A stretch of DNA of 64,000 bases. Source: Octopus sinensis (taxonomy: Eukaryota). The stretch covers positions 48,174,001-48,238,000 of the forward strand of contig NC_042998.1 of NCBI RefSeq assembly GCF_006345805.1. The letters run 5' to 3'. Below the pieces are notes generated by a model that saw only the letters and a list, made by a program, of their open reading frames with translations, did not search any database and was not told where the DNA came from. Each line of letters begins with the position of its first letter. Position 1 is the stretch's first letter. A program made the position numbers and the translations under genes. Below, piece by piece: positions 1-12,579 of this stretch.

Positions 1-1046
1 GACTAACAATTATTATAATTTTTGTACTTTTTTTAAAGTTAAAATAAGTGTAAAAATTACCCTTAAGGAAAAAAGATATATTTTTCCCATTTAGTAAATA
101 CATTTATGCAACCCTTTCCTATTATGAAATAGCTAAAGCACAGCATTCCAACGTAAAATAGGAAGGTTACATAAGATAGTATAGTCCTGTATCTATAAAA
201 AGTTAGATGGTCACTGCTGGAATGTCTTTGATCATGTGTTTGTTCAGTCAAAGCTGATCTGGGAGCTAAACAACAACAACAAAAAAAAGGTACACACTTA
301 TTCTATCAACCAAGAAAGAATGACAGGCAAAATTATCCCTGCCGAGTTTTAAGCCCAGAATGTTAAGGAAAAGAACTAAATACTGTAAAGCAAACATCAA
401 GTAAAGCACTCTACTTTTCCTATCATTCCATTGACTAGACTTAAGACAAACTTATAAAAATGACACAAGGCTGTTATAAGCTTGCCTATTATTTATATCC
501 CACAAGCCCACTTGCTGAAACCAGTAAATGAGACCATTGCAGTATCATAGCATTCTTGTTATACTATTTATTGCCATGGACTTAAGAATCATTATACTAC
601 GCTTTGTTCAGTTTAATTTCCTTTGTGCACAAGGTGCTTAGATGGCCTTATCTGATCTTGTCAAGTCGAATTCAGCCCTTTTGATACTAATCTGCCTGAG
701 ACTACCCCTGCTTCCTTGATACACACTTTTGTAATACAAACTTCCTTGAAGTGATCTAAATTAAAAGCTTCAAGTAAAATTTCAAGTTCATTCATTTCAA
801 ACAGCGTTTTATTGATTTCTTCATTATTTTCAAAATTAATTGAAACAAAGGCAGTATATTTCAACAAAAAATATGTTAGCAAAAAGATCAAATACTTTAT
901 TTCAAATTTTCTTTGACCAATTTGTCCTGTATGCATCAGCCAATAACTAATGACAAGTTGCATTCAGCATTTCAACCAATTAACACTCAACCTGCCACAT
1001 CTAACAGACTACATCCAACTTATTTCTCTCTAATTGTTGTAAATTC

Positions 1047-1316
1047 TAGTGGTTAGAGCAGCGGACTCGCGGGTTCAAATCTCAGACTGGTTGATGTGTG
1101 TGTTTATGAGCGAAAACACCTAAGCTCCATGCGGTTCCGGCAGAAGGTAATGGCGAAGTTCTGCTGACTCTTTCGCCACAACTTTCTCTCACTCTTTCCT
1201 CCTGCATCTTGCAGCTCACCTGTGATGGACCAGCGTCCCGTCCAGGTGGGGAACCTATACGCCAAGAAACCGGGAAACCGGCCCTTATGTGCCAGGCATG
1301 GCTTAAGAAGGAACAA
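1047..1316 (+). mobile_element. tRNA-derived SINE, family-C-like head with an alternative 3' module
   Basis: AGTGGTTAGAGCAGCGGACTCGC head shared with 25384; the 3' part GATGGACCAGCGTCCCGTCCAGG differs from the other copies. Confidence 0.7.
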
Positions 1317-1968
1317 AACAAAAACAAAAATTGTTTACATCTAACTTGCAAAAAAGAAATCAGAATGATTGTCATCAATATAAATAGCAGTCCTCTAAAG
1401 TTCTACCTCTACATTTGGACCTAAAACTATATAATCACTACTGCCATCTACAGTTCTAGTTCTGCTAGGACTTATCTACTTCTTTCAGAGAACCTGCAGA
1501 ACTGCCAACATTCATTAAACTGTATTCTACTCCAACATATCTACAAAGAGATTTCCCCAATGCTATTTACAGCTCCATTATTAGCATCAGCTGCTTTCTA
1601 CCAGCATACCACTCCGGTTACTATAAACCTTGATACATCCCTGCATTAATACTTTTTAATCAAGCCCACTCAGCTGTAAATTTGAACTCAGAATCAGAAT
1701 AAATAGTGTATGACATTCAGTCCAATGCTCTAAAGACTGATAATTATAATTCACTACCTTAAACAGTAGACTGAATTTGTAACAATTTAACAACACCACC
1801 AAGTCTTTGGATGCCTTCATGGAGACCACATTGTTGCAAGCATTTAAGCCAGGTCTAAGGTGCAAGGTATCAACATTTCTGTTCTTTTAGCTCGACAATC
1901 TGGGAGGTTCTGCAGAAAGGTTACAGGTGCTCTGACTTCCAAATCTAAGACCTAAAAATATCTTTTAA

Positions 1969-2197
1969 TTAATCCTTTCGTTACTGTATTTATTTTGAGA
2001 TGCTCTGTGTTTCTCTCAATTATTTTAGATATGACAAAGAATTTTGTAAAATAACTTAGTTATCATTAAGCTGGTGTTAAGAACAGTAACTATGACTAAG
2101 GTTTGGTGGAAGGTTTTAATTAAAAACTTATGAAAACAAGACATTTATATTACAGAGTCAGAGCCAGTTTCGGCCGGGTTGGTAATAAAAGGGTTAA
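1969..2197. mobile_element. TTAA-flanked piggyBac-like MITE (family P1)
   Basis: TTAA-tcctttcg...aaaaggg-TTAA; reverse-complement homolog of 41461-41688. Confidence 0.7.
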
Positions 2198-2429
2198 AAT
2201 AAAATTGAAAAAGTATTGTTTTCTCTTGGCAATTTAACCTCTCTTGCAAAGTTGCCTCACAAGAAATGTAGTGCATGTGGTTTGGGTCCATTAGGACTAT
2301 ATTCTATCCAACTTAATACAAGGATTAAAGTGGATAATTTTTTTCTTTAATTATTTAGAACATTATAATAATACATCATTACATCTCAAGTTTACTTCAT
2401 AAAGACTTCCTTCAGTCATGAATGACCAT

Positions 2430-2738
2430 GGGATTGCACCCAGAAAGTTATCCTCCAAGGCACAAGTCTGTGGTTCCACAAGGTTGTTTGTGGAAGATCA
2501 GCAGTCGCCCATGCATACCAGCCTCCCCATTCTAGGTCATCGATGTTATCCAAGGGAAAGGCAAAGGCCAATACAGCTTGGCACCAATGATGTCGCAACT
2601 CATTTCTACAGATAAGTGAACTGGAGCAACATGAAAGTGTCTTGCTCGAGAACATAACACACAGCCCAGTCCCAGAATCAAACTCACTACCTCATGATTG
2701 TGAGCTCGATGCTCTAACCACTGAGCCATGCGCCTTCA
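2430..2738 (-). mobile_element. tRNA-derived SINE family E
   Basis: Head GCGCATGGCTCAGTGGTTAGAGC on the minus strand; 3' module shared with 56275-56490. Confidence 0.7.
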
Positions 2739-3890
2739 CACGAGTTTACTTCATACTCATACGCAAAAAACAGTATAGTGTAGCAGTATGCTCTTTGTGA
2801 ACCAAATGAGATCCAGTTTCAATATCTAATTTGACCTACTTCACTTTTGTCACTAGTGTATTTATAAAAAAAAAAAGTGCTTTAATGTTTCTGTTATGTA
2901 AAATAAGGCATCAAGTGTAAGGAAAGAATATTTGTTTACAATAAGCACATGTATGGCCGTGTGGTTAAGAATCTAACTTAACAACCACATGGTTTTAGGT
3001 TTAGTCTCAATGCACAGCACCTTGGCAAGTGTCTTCTACTATAGCCCCAGACCAAGCAATGCCCTGTGGTGGAAATTGTGCAGATGGTGACTGTAGGAGA
3101 CCATCAAGTATATATATGCATTTGTATATGTGTGCATGTGTATATGTATGTGTGTGTGTGTGTATGTGTGTGTGAATGTGTGTGTGCATGTGTGTGTGTG
3201 TGTGAGTGTGTGTGTGCATGTGTGTGTGTGTCTTTATGTTTATCCCTATCAACACTTGACAACTTGTGCAGAATTGTTTACGTACCTGCATCCCTGCAGC
3301 TTAGCAGTTCAGCAAAAAGGACAGATAAAATAAGTATCAGTCTTAAAACTAAGTATTGGGAGTGGTGAGAGAGAGAAGGATCAACATGCTGGCCGATACC
3401 CTTCAGGATGATGCCCCAGCAATGCTACAGTTCAAAGACTGCTACAAGTAAGAGATACAAGATGACCAATAATGGCATTGGAGTGACAGAAATGAGACAA
3501 GCAGTGAAGGGAATTGTTTCCACTGTTTTAAGTTCTGTTCTGTATTTTGAGCTCAAATCATGCTGACTTTGTTTCTGCTTTTTATTCCACAACCAGTCGT
3601 GTCTTGTGGATTGGTCTAACTTCCCATAAAATCTTCCCTAAAACTTTAAGGCTTTGTGACAAACATTAGGAATCTATGATTTAACTATTTAGCATTCACA
3701 TTATTCTGTCAAAAGTAACATTTATTCATTCACATTGTTTTGAATTAATCCTGCATTTATCTTGTAGCTTTGAAATTTTGATGAGGCATCCATTAATCTT
3801 TTTAATGATATTGTAGGGTTAGTGTAAGAGACCAGATCTGGCCAGTTTGAACATAAAACAGGTGGGATGCTTTGGCTGGATATGGCCAGT

Positions 3891-4516
3891 TTAACCCTTT
3901 AGCATTCAGTTTATGCTGTCACATTAAAAAAAAAAAATTATGTATTATCTTGCAGCTTTGAGATTTCAAAGATGTGACTGTTTCTTTTTAGAATGACATT
4001 ACAGGCTAGGTGTGAGAGGCCACATCTGGGCAGTTTGAAAATAAAGTAGATGGAATATTTGGGCCAGATATACTCTCTCTTTTACTCTTTTACTTGTTTC
4101 AGTCATTTGACTGCGGCCATGCTGGAACACCACCTTTAGTCGAGCAACTTGACCCCGGGACTTATTCTTTGGAAGCCCAGTACTTATTCTATTGGTCTCT
4201 TTTGCTGAACCGCTAAGTGAAGGGGACGTAAACACACCAGCATCGGTTGTCAAGCAATGCTAGGGGGACAAACACAGACACACAAACACACACACACGCA
4301 TACACACATATATATACATATATACGACAGGCTTCTTTCAGTTTCTGTCTACCAAATCCACTCAGAAGGCTTTGGTCGGCCCGAGGCTATAGTAGAAGAC
4401 ACTTGCCCAAGGTGCCACGCAGTGGGACTGAACCTGGAACCATGTGGTTGGTTAGCAAGCTACTTACCACACAGCCACTCCAGCGCCTGTGGTCAGTTTA
4501 AATACTAAAGGGTTAA
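3891..4516. mobile_element. TTAA piggyBac-like MITE (family P2) interrupted by a family-A SINE at 4072-4488
   Basis: TTAAccctttagcattcag...aaatactaaagggTTAA; homologs at ~3685-3890, ~11240-11438, 45405-45634 and ~58240-58493. Confidence 0.7.
4072..4488 (-). mobile_element. tRNA-derived SINE family A (young copy)
   Basis: A-box TGGCTGTGTGGTAAG, B-box GGTTCAGTCCC, internal (TA)/(TG) microsatellite, tail CCAGCATGGCCGCAGTCAAATGACTGAAACAAGTAAAAG; many copies in the window. Confidence 0.85.
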
Positions 4517-4639
4517 AAAAAAGAATCATATTTCCTTCATTGTACTGTGGGACAGAAGACACAAACACCTAGCATAGCTGTGAGCCAAAAGTCAATACTT
4601 CTAGATTCTCTTAATAGCCTCTTTTCAAAATATGGCAAC

Positions 4640-4661
4640 CAAGAAATAATTTCACATAATG

Positions 4662-4692
<31 letters not shown>

Positions 4693-5048
4693 TTTTACTG
4701 ACTAACATACTCCTTTGCTGAAATTCCACAAATACACATAAAAATATATACACTAACACAGCACATATATACATGTATGCGTATGTAACAAGTTTTTGTA
4801 AATACATATCTAAGAACATATTTCTTTCAAACACACACACACACACACACATACACACACTTATACACAGAAATATTCAAACAGTGAAGTATGTCAGTAA
4901 ATACACGTGTTAAGTCACACATACAGGATTGTATTCGGGGGGGGGGGGGGGGAAGTCATGTTGTTGCATAACTAACACACAAATGCAAACACATACAAAC
5001 ACATTACACCACACTATATACACACACTATACACACACACACACACAC

Positions 5049-5086
<38 letters not shown>

Positions 5087-5168
5087 TACACAGAATATAC
5101 AAAATTTTTTTAAGCCATATATGTAAGCATGCTTGAGAAAAATATTTAAGCTCTGACATATTCTGAGC

Positions 5169-5223
<55 letters not shown>

Positions 5224-5525
5224 TGACAGGCAGATAAACCGACAGACAGACAGACAGGGTCATAGAGGGAAGAGAGAGAGAGAGAGAGGGGAGAGAAAAG
5301 GAGGAAAGAAATATGAAGAAAAAGAAGGAAACAGAAAGAGGTGGTAACAGAGAAACGGAGAATGAAAGAAAGAGACCGGGAAAGAAAGAAAAGTGAAAAG
5401 AGAGAAGAAAGGATGTAAGGAAATGAGAGGAAGAAAGGTAGCTGAAAGGGAGAGAGAGACCGAACAACAGGGGTGAAACGGAAATGGAAACACACACTTA
5501 ATTATGAAACACAAACACACACATA
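4640..5525. repeat. Compound microsatellite block: (CA)n, poly-G, (GA)n, (GACA)n and a purine-rich tract
   Basis: Directly visible; source of the spurious ORFs 4652-5520. Confidence 0.95.
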
Positions 5526-5974
5526 CCTTTGTGTGGTAAATTTTATACCTTTGAACACCCTTCCAATTTATTGGTCAGTTTAGAATTACAAATTATTCTG
5601 GGGGATATGTGGTGTCACTTGAATTGGTAATAACTGTTCTGAAAGGTAACTGTACTGACAGGCATGGAAGGAACCCAACAGGGTTAAGAAAGATGTCAAA
5701 TTGGTGCTGGATGACCTCTAAGTTTCCAACACACTATAATACATAGAGGTTCCCTGTGTTGTCCTGAATCTTTTGAAATAGTCACATGAGTGGCTATTTC
5801 AAGAATTAAAATGAAAAGATGTGGGTTGAGGATAGAGTTCCAGTATATATTCACTGGTAGTTACTGAGTTCAATGCTGGCCATGGCCTTGTTTTTAGCAC
5901 TGTCTCTAAATCTAGTCTTAATTACTTTTTCATGCCCTTCCAAATTGAATCAAATCAGAGCATGGGAGCTTGTC

Positions 5975-6182
5975 ACTCTTACTCTTTAACTTGTTTCAGT
6001 CATGTGACTGTGGCCATGCTGGAGCACCGCCTATAGTCGATCAAATCGACCCCCCAGGACTTACTCTTTGTAAGCCTAGTACTTATTTTATCGGTCTCTT
6101 TTTGCTGAACCGCTAAGTAACGGGGATGTAAACAAACCAGCATCAGTTGTCAAGTGATGTAGGGGGGACAAACACGCAAACA

Positions 6183-6222
<40 letters not shown>

Positions 6223-6385
6223 CACATGACAGGCTTCTTTCAGTTTCCGTCCTACCAAATCCACTCACAAGGCTTTGGTCGGCCTGAGGCTATAGTAGAA
6301 AACACTTACCCAAGGTGCCACGCAGTGGGACTGAACCCGGAACCATGTGGTTCGTAAGCAAGTTACTTACCACACAGCCACTCCT
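5975..6385 (-). mobile_element. SINE family A
   Basis: Same head and tail as 4072-4488. Confidence 0.85.
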
Positions 6386-6709
6386 GTCAATGGTTTTCTT
6401 TAAACTCAACAATGTAAAACAGACATATTTACACTCAGCAAAAAATGCTTCCAAATTATCAGTGAAATTCATGACTTTTAAAGATCTTCTCAGAGTGTTG
6501 GGCTTGATATGAGGGATGATTGACTTTAGTGGGGAAAATATGGGCAGGGAATAAATGACAGGGCATTGCACTTCTGGAGGTAGAGAGATGAGTGAGTTGG
6601 CACAGCTGGGAAAAAAACAGAGAGGAGCAGATTTACTGAGTAGGTTTGGGCAAAGGTGGTGTGCAGCTTATTAGTTTAGAAGACTAGAAGTCATTCTAGT
6701 AGCAGAAGA

Positions 6710-7093
6710 TGGAAGCACTCCGTCCGGTTACGACGATGAGGGTTCTGGTTGATCCGAATCAACAGAACAGCCTGCTCGTGAAATTAACGTGTAAGTGGCT
6801 GAGCACTCCACAGACACGTGTACCCTTAACGTAGTTCTCGGGGATATTCAGCGTGACACAGAGAGTGACAAGGCCGACCCTTTGAAATACAGGTACAACA
6901 GAAACAGGAAGTAAGAGTGAGAGAAAGTTGTGGTGAAAGAGTACAGCAGGGATCACCACCATCCCCTACTGGAGCCTCATGGAGCTTTAGTGTTTTCGCT
7001 CAATAAACACGCACAACGCCCGGTCTGGGAATTGAAACCGCGATCCTATGACCGCGAGTCCGCTGCCCTAACCACTGGGCCATTGCGCCTCCA
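6710..7093 (-). mobile_element. tRNA-derived SINE family C, full length with 14-bp TSD
   Basis: TSD CTAGTAGCAGAAGA at 6696-6709 and 7094-7107; head TGGAGGCGCAATGGCCCAGTGGTTAGGGCAGCGGACTCGC. Confidence 0.9.
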
Positions 7094-7218
7094 CTAGTAG
7101 CAGAAGAAGGAACATAATAAAAGCATGTACCTGTTGGCTTGTAGTAAATTGGGAATAAAATATGTCTGTTGGTTTGTGGCATACTGGGAATAAGACGCAT
7201 GTCTATCAACATGTGGTA

Positions 7219-7453
7219 TTCTTTTACTCTTTCACTTGTTTCAGACATTTGACTGTGGCCATGCTGGAGCACCGCTTTTAGTGGAGCAAACTGACCCCAG
7301 GACTTATTCTTTGTAAGCCTAGTACTTATTCTATCAGTGTCTTTTGCCAAACTGCTAAGTTATGGGGATGTAAACACACCAGCATCAGTTGTCAAGCGAT
7401 ATTCGGGGGACAAACACAGACACACAAACATACACACACACACACATGCGCGT

Positions 7454-7492
<39 letters not shown>

Positions 7493-7651
7493 TATATACG
7501 ACGGGCTTCTTTCAGTTTCTGTCGACCAAATCCACTCACAAGGTTTTGGTCGGCACTAGGCTATAGTAGAAGACACTTGCCCAAGGTGCTACGCAGTGGG
7601 ACTGAACCCGGAACCATGTGGTTGGTAAGCAAGCTACTTACCACACAGCCA
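7219..7651 (-). mobile_element. SINE family A
   Basis: Same head and tail as the other A copies. Confidence 0.85.
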
Positions 7652-7864
7652 CAGGAATAAAAGCATATGTTTGTCAGTTTGTGGTATACTGGGAATAAAA
7701 TATTTCATCTGTTGGTTTGTAGTATAGAGGGAATTGGGTTTGCCTACCTATGCATGTGAAAACTGGATCCACCACCCTCTGCAGAAGAAACTTTCATGGT
7801 TCAACAGATGGGCAGGTGGCTGCAGCAATGCATTGTGAAGTGCCAGTATGAAGCAAGTAATATA

Positions 7865-8187
7865 CAGGGATTCCTCGACTTGTGCGAGTAATTGGGGGAC
7901 GTGCAATTCGAAATTTGCGCAAGTCGAGTACCAGATATTGCTTTCTATAAATATTTTCCAGGATAACTGCTAAATATTGTTATATTAAAGAAACACTTGG
8001 AGAAAGTATTGAATGAACTTTCTTTCTATTTGAAACCCCAAAACTTTTATTGGTGACTGCTTTGTATGAATACAACAAGCGCAAGTCGAGAATACAACTC
8101 GCGCAACCTGAACACTCTGTATCAAAAGTTGGCTTGCGCAAGTCGAATTTCACGCAAGTTGAACTCGTGCAAGTCGGGTAATTCCTG
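7865..8187. mobile_element. pogo/Tigger-like MITE (Tc1-mariner superfamily)
   Basis: TA flanks at 7863-64 and 8188-89; imperfect TIRs CAGGGATTCCTCGACTTGTGCGAGT / ACTCGTGCAAGTCGGGTAATTCCTG; internal CGCAAGTCGA repeats. Confidence 0.8.
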
Positions 8188-8559
8188 TATCTTGGATATC
8201 CACTGCATCCAGTAGTCTTCACCTCATCTTGATGATGGTCACAGAGAAGAGAGTAAGGATGATGATGTGCAAATTTTCTTCACTTTAAATAAGGTCATCA
8301 TACAAGACATCAGCTATTCTTAATGATGACTAGATGGTCCTCGGTACCCCAATGGACAAATAAGGCTAGTTGGCTTGTGCTGTACTGAGTTGGTCAACAA
8401 GATGATTATTTTCCCTTTATGTGATCAAAGATAATTGCGTAAATGACTGATGTTACATGATATGATATGTAATTATGCATTTATTAGTTTCATTAATTTC
8501 ATGCTGTTAAAATATATAAGTTTTAATTAGAAAAAAAAAAGAAAAGCTATTGCAGATAA

Positions 8560-8790
8560 TTATGAAAAATCAACAGAATGTAATGCATACATATGAAATT
8601 ACTCAAGAATCCAGTGTTGAAGGTTCTGCATTAATGGGTAAGAAATGTACAGGAAAATCTTAGCCTTGTTTATACATTAAAGATTATATGAAATTAGGTT
8701 GAACATTTTTTGATGGCAAAAGAAATTCTTCTCTGCAGTATTTTATCCATGGTGATGTTCTTGCAAGTGAAAATCTGGGGCTGAATGAAT
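8560..8790 (+). pseudogene. Possible degenerate hAT transposase fragment
   Basis: Hand translation gives VEGSALMGKK (cf. TDGAxAMxGK) and YFIHGDVLAS (cf. HCxxHxxxLAS); the similarity is weak. Confidence 0.35.
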
Positions 8791-9684
8791 TAAACTGCCA
8801 TTTTAATTTCAAGCATAACTAGGCATGTATGTGTGGTTAAGAAGCTCATTTTACAACCACGTGGTTTCAAGTTCAGTCCCACAGCATGGCACCTTGGGCA
8901 AATGTTTTTTTACTATAGTCCTATGCCAACCAATTCCTTAAAAGCGAAATTAGTTGATGGAAACTTTGTAGAAGTCCATTGTGCATATCTATCATTTATC
9001 TTTTCTGGGGCACCACTTTGAGGAATTTTAGTTAAACTAATCAAACCCAGTATTTACTTTCTTTGTAAGCATGATACTTATTCTATCAGTTACTTTTGCT
9101 GAACCACTAGCTTACAGGGATGTAAATATGCCAACACCAGTTATCAAATGGTAGTGGGGGACAAACACAGACACACATGCACACACACACACACACACAC
9201 ACACAACAGGCTTCTTTCAGTTTCCATCTATCAAATCCACACACAAGGTTTTGGTCAGCCTGAGGCTATTGTAGAAGACACTTGCACAAGGTGCCACAGA
9301 GTGAGACTGAACATGGAACCATGTGGTTGCAAAGCAAACTTCTTAACACAAATTCAGTAGATTTGGTAGATGGAAACTGAAAGAAGCCTGTTATGCATGT
9401 ATATATATATATGTGTGTGTGTGTGTGTTTATCACCCCCCTCTGCCTTCACTTGACAACCAATACTGATGTGTTTATGTCCCTGTAACTTAGTGGTTCGG
9501 CAAAAGAAACTGATAGAATAAGTACTAGGCTTACAAAAAATAAGTCCTGGCATTGATTTCTTCAACTAAAAAATTCTTTAAGGCGGTGCCCCAGCATGGC
9601 TGCAGTCAAATGACTGAAACAAGTAAAAGAATAAAAGAATATATAAACACACACACATATATATATATATATATACATATACAT

Positions 9685-9975
9685 ATCATCATCATCATCA
9701 TTTAGCGTCCATTTTCCATGCTAGCATGGGTTGGACGGTTCTACTGGGGTCTGTGAAGCCAGAAGGCTTCATCAGGCCCAGTCAAATCTGGCAGTGTTTC
9801 TACGGCTGGATGCCCTTCCTAACGCCAACCACTCCGTGAGTGTAGTGGGTGCTTTTTACGTGCCACCCGCACTGGTGCCAGACAGAGCTGGCAAACGGCC
9901 ACGAACGGATGGTGCTTTTTATGTGCCACCGGCACGAGGGCCAGGCGAGGCTGGCAACGGACACGAAACGGGGCG
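9685..9975 (-). mobile_element. RTE-clade LINE 3' end with (GAT)n tail
   Basis: Homologous to the 3' part of 10526-11230. Confidence 0.75.
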
Positions 9976-9978
9976 GTG

Positions 9979-10019
<41 letters not shown>

Positions 10020-10025
10020 TATATA

Positions 10026-10071
<46 letters not shown>

Positions 10072-10293
10072 GAGTGAGAGATTATATGAGTGATTGTATT
10101 TCTTTCTCACTGCTTGACAACTGATGTTAGTTTATTTACATCCCAGTAACTTAGCAGTGTGTCAACAGAGACCAATAAAATAAGTACCAGATTTTTTTTA
10201 AAAAGTAAGTACTGGGGTTGTTTGTTTGACTAAACCTTTCAAAACAGTGTCCCAGTATGGCCACAATCCTATGACTAAAACAAGTAAACAATA

Positions 10294-12190
10294 AAAGATT
10301 TGTCAGGAGAGCAACTAGAATGCTTCAGGCAGATTTTGAAGCCTAACATGAAATCTGTAGTATTCTCCAAGAAATAGAAAACATAAAAAATAAAAACCAA
10401 GAGACAAGTTATTTAGTTATTCAACAGCCATAAACAAAGAAACCTAGACTATTTCATGACTCACTGTAAAAGATTCTTGTTGTGTAGTAGTTAAAACAAT
10501 GTTTGAGACTTGGATTTGAGTAAACCCTTTTAGTATTCGCTGGTATGGTCATATGATGCGTATGGATGAGGACAGCTGTGTGAAGAAGTGCCGATCTCTA
10601 ACTGTGAAGAGAACCTGTGGTAGAGGTAGACCCAGGAAGACATGGGACCCAGGAAGGGATGTGTAAAGCATGATCTTTGAACTTTGAGCCTCACGGAGGC
10701 ATTGACTAGTGACCAAGGCCTTTGGCGATATGCTGTGCTTGAGAAGACATGTCAAGCCAAGTGAAATCATAGTTGTGGTCGCTGCTGATGTCACACAACT
10801 GGTACCTGTGCCAGTGAAAAATAAAAAGCACCTTTTGAGCATTGGACCTCATGGGAGTAAGGTGGCCAATGCCTGTGGCATGTGAAAAGCACCTTTCAAG
10901 TGCTGGGCCTCACAGAGACAATGTTGAATGACAGAAATCTTTGGTATTATGACATGCTTGAGAAGACGACCCATCAAGCCAAGTAAAATCGCAATTGTGG
11001 CAGATATTGGTGTCACGCAAATGGCACCAGTGCTGGTGGCACACAAAAACACCCATTACACTCTCAGACTGGTTGGCATTAGGAAGGGCATCCAGCCATA
11101 GAAACCATGCCAAATCAGACAAGTCTGGTGCAGCCATACAGCTTTCCAGCTCTGGACAAACTGTCCAACCCATGCCAACATGGACAACAGACATTAAATG
11201 ATGATGATAATGATGATGATGATGATGATTATTATTATTCTGTCAGAAGTAATGCTTATTTATTTTCATTGTTTTGATTAATCATGCATTATGTAGTAGC
11301 TTTGAGATTTTGAAGAGATAACTTAATTTTCAGAATGATATTGTAGGCTTGGTGTGAGAGGCGAGATCTGGTCAGTTTGATAATAAAACAGGGAGAATAA
11401 TTAGGCTGGATACGGCTGGTTTAAATGCTAAAGAGTTAAATTGAAAAATCATTATTTCAGCAGACAACATGATGAGAAGATAAACTCAAGGTATGTCAAA
11501 AGAAGGAAGATGTGTTTGCAAATGATAACAAGATATGTTCACTGCAACTGGATGAGTCAACAGATGTTAAATTCATTAGCGTAACTACTGGCTTCACTGT
11601 GATTCATTCATAATCACAGAATTATACAGCAATTCAGGTGCTGTCTGAAAGTTCTTCTGAAAGCAAGACATGAAGATGTATTTGGAATTTGACTGAAACT
11701 AGGGAACGATAAAAGATTTGTCAGGAAAGTGATTAGAATACTTCAAGGAGATTTTCAAATCTAACATTAAATCTGTAGTATTCTCCAAGGAATAGAAAGC
11801 ATGAAAGAAAAACCAAAAGACAAGTTATTTAGTTGTTCAACAGCCATAAGCAAAGAAACCTAGACTATTTCAGGACTCACTGTAAAAGATTCTGGTTATG
11901 TAGACGTCGGAACAAAGTTTGAGTCTTGCATTTGAGTTAAAGTAAAAAAAATCATTCCTTCAGCAGACATGATTAGAAGACAGACTCAAGATGTTGAAAG
12001 ATCTTAAAATATTGCAGGAAAATATGTTTGCAAATGATAACAAGATGTATTCTCTGCAACCAGATGAGTCAACAGATGTTAAGTGGGTTAGCACAGTTAC
12101 TGACATTGTTGTGTTTCATTCATAATCACAGAATTATACAGCAATTCAGGTGTTCTGAAAGCAAGAGGTGAAGATGTATTTGAAATTTTT
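10294..12190 (+). pseudogene. Tandemly duplicated hAT (Charlie/Buster-like) transposase relic with nested insertions
   Basis: SLQLDESTDV at ~11540 and YSLQPDESTDV at ~12050; the ~480-bp unit at 11708-12190 is repeated as 10294-10525 plus 11440-11690. Confidence 0.6.
10526..11230 (+). mobile_element. RTE-clade LINE 3' end (end of ORF, 3'UTR and (GAT)n tail)
   Basis: Translates to MRMDEDSCVKKCRSLTVKRTCGRGRPRKTW, a typical RTE C-terminal GRGRPRKTW segment; its 3'UTR is shared by copies at 12812-12985, 13500-13748, 34240-34687, 34881-35160(-), 37890-38113, 39195-39482, 50660-50861, 53874-54245(-) and 56040-56262. Confidence 0.8.
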
Positions 12191-12525
12191 CACTATCATT
12201 TATCAGTTAGATGCTTTAGTCATTGAACTGCAGCCATGCTGGGACACCACCTTGCAGGGTTTAGTTGAACAAATTGACCCCAATACTGATTTTATTTAGG
12301 TCCAGTGCTTATTTTGTTGGTCCCGTTTGGCTGAACCATTAAGTTACAGGGGTGTAAACAAACCAACAGGAATTGAAATCACAATTGCTAGATTGTGAGT
12401 GCAACACCCTAACCACTAGACCATGCAACCTCATATACATATTTATTATATACTATATAGGACAGCTTGATCCAGCTCCACCTGGGCCACTAACATGGGC
12501 CACTAACATACACACACACACACAT

Positions 12526-12579
<54 letters not shown>

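Noticed and set aside
661-963. 100-aa ORF that looks protein-like (ENNEEINKTLFEMNELEILLEAF...)
   Set aside because: It overlaps a degraded TTAA-MITE (P1-like) sequence; there is no convincing splice context or known motif.
975-1015. Minus-strand ...SLLDVAG* resembling the ZIP11 C-terminus (SLDVGLG*)
   Set aside because: There is an in-frame stop just upstream, no usable acceptor and no GNGKLASW-like start.
3007-5520. Cys/Val- or His/Thr-rich ORFs (also at 9819-10110, 14424-14653, 49000-49643 and similar places)
   Set aside because: They are translations of (CA)n, (TA)n and (GA)n microsatellites.
3999-7660. Recurrent ORFs such as MLGGQTQTHK..., MVVIPAVLFHHN... and MPRSGTEPGTMW...
   Set aside because: They are incidental frames inside multi-copy SINEs and are disrupted differently in each copy.
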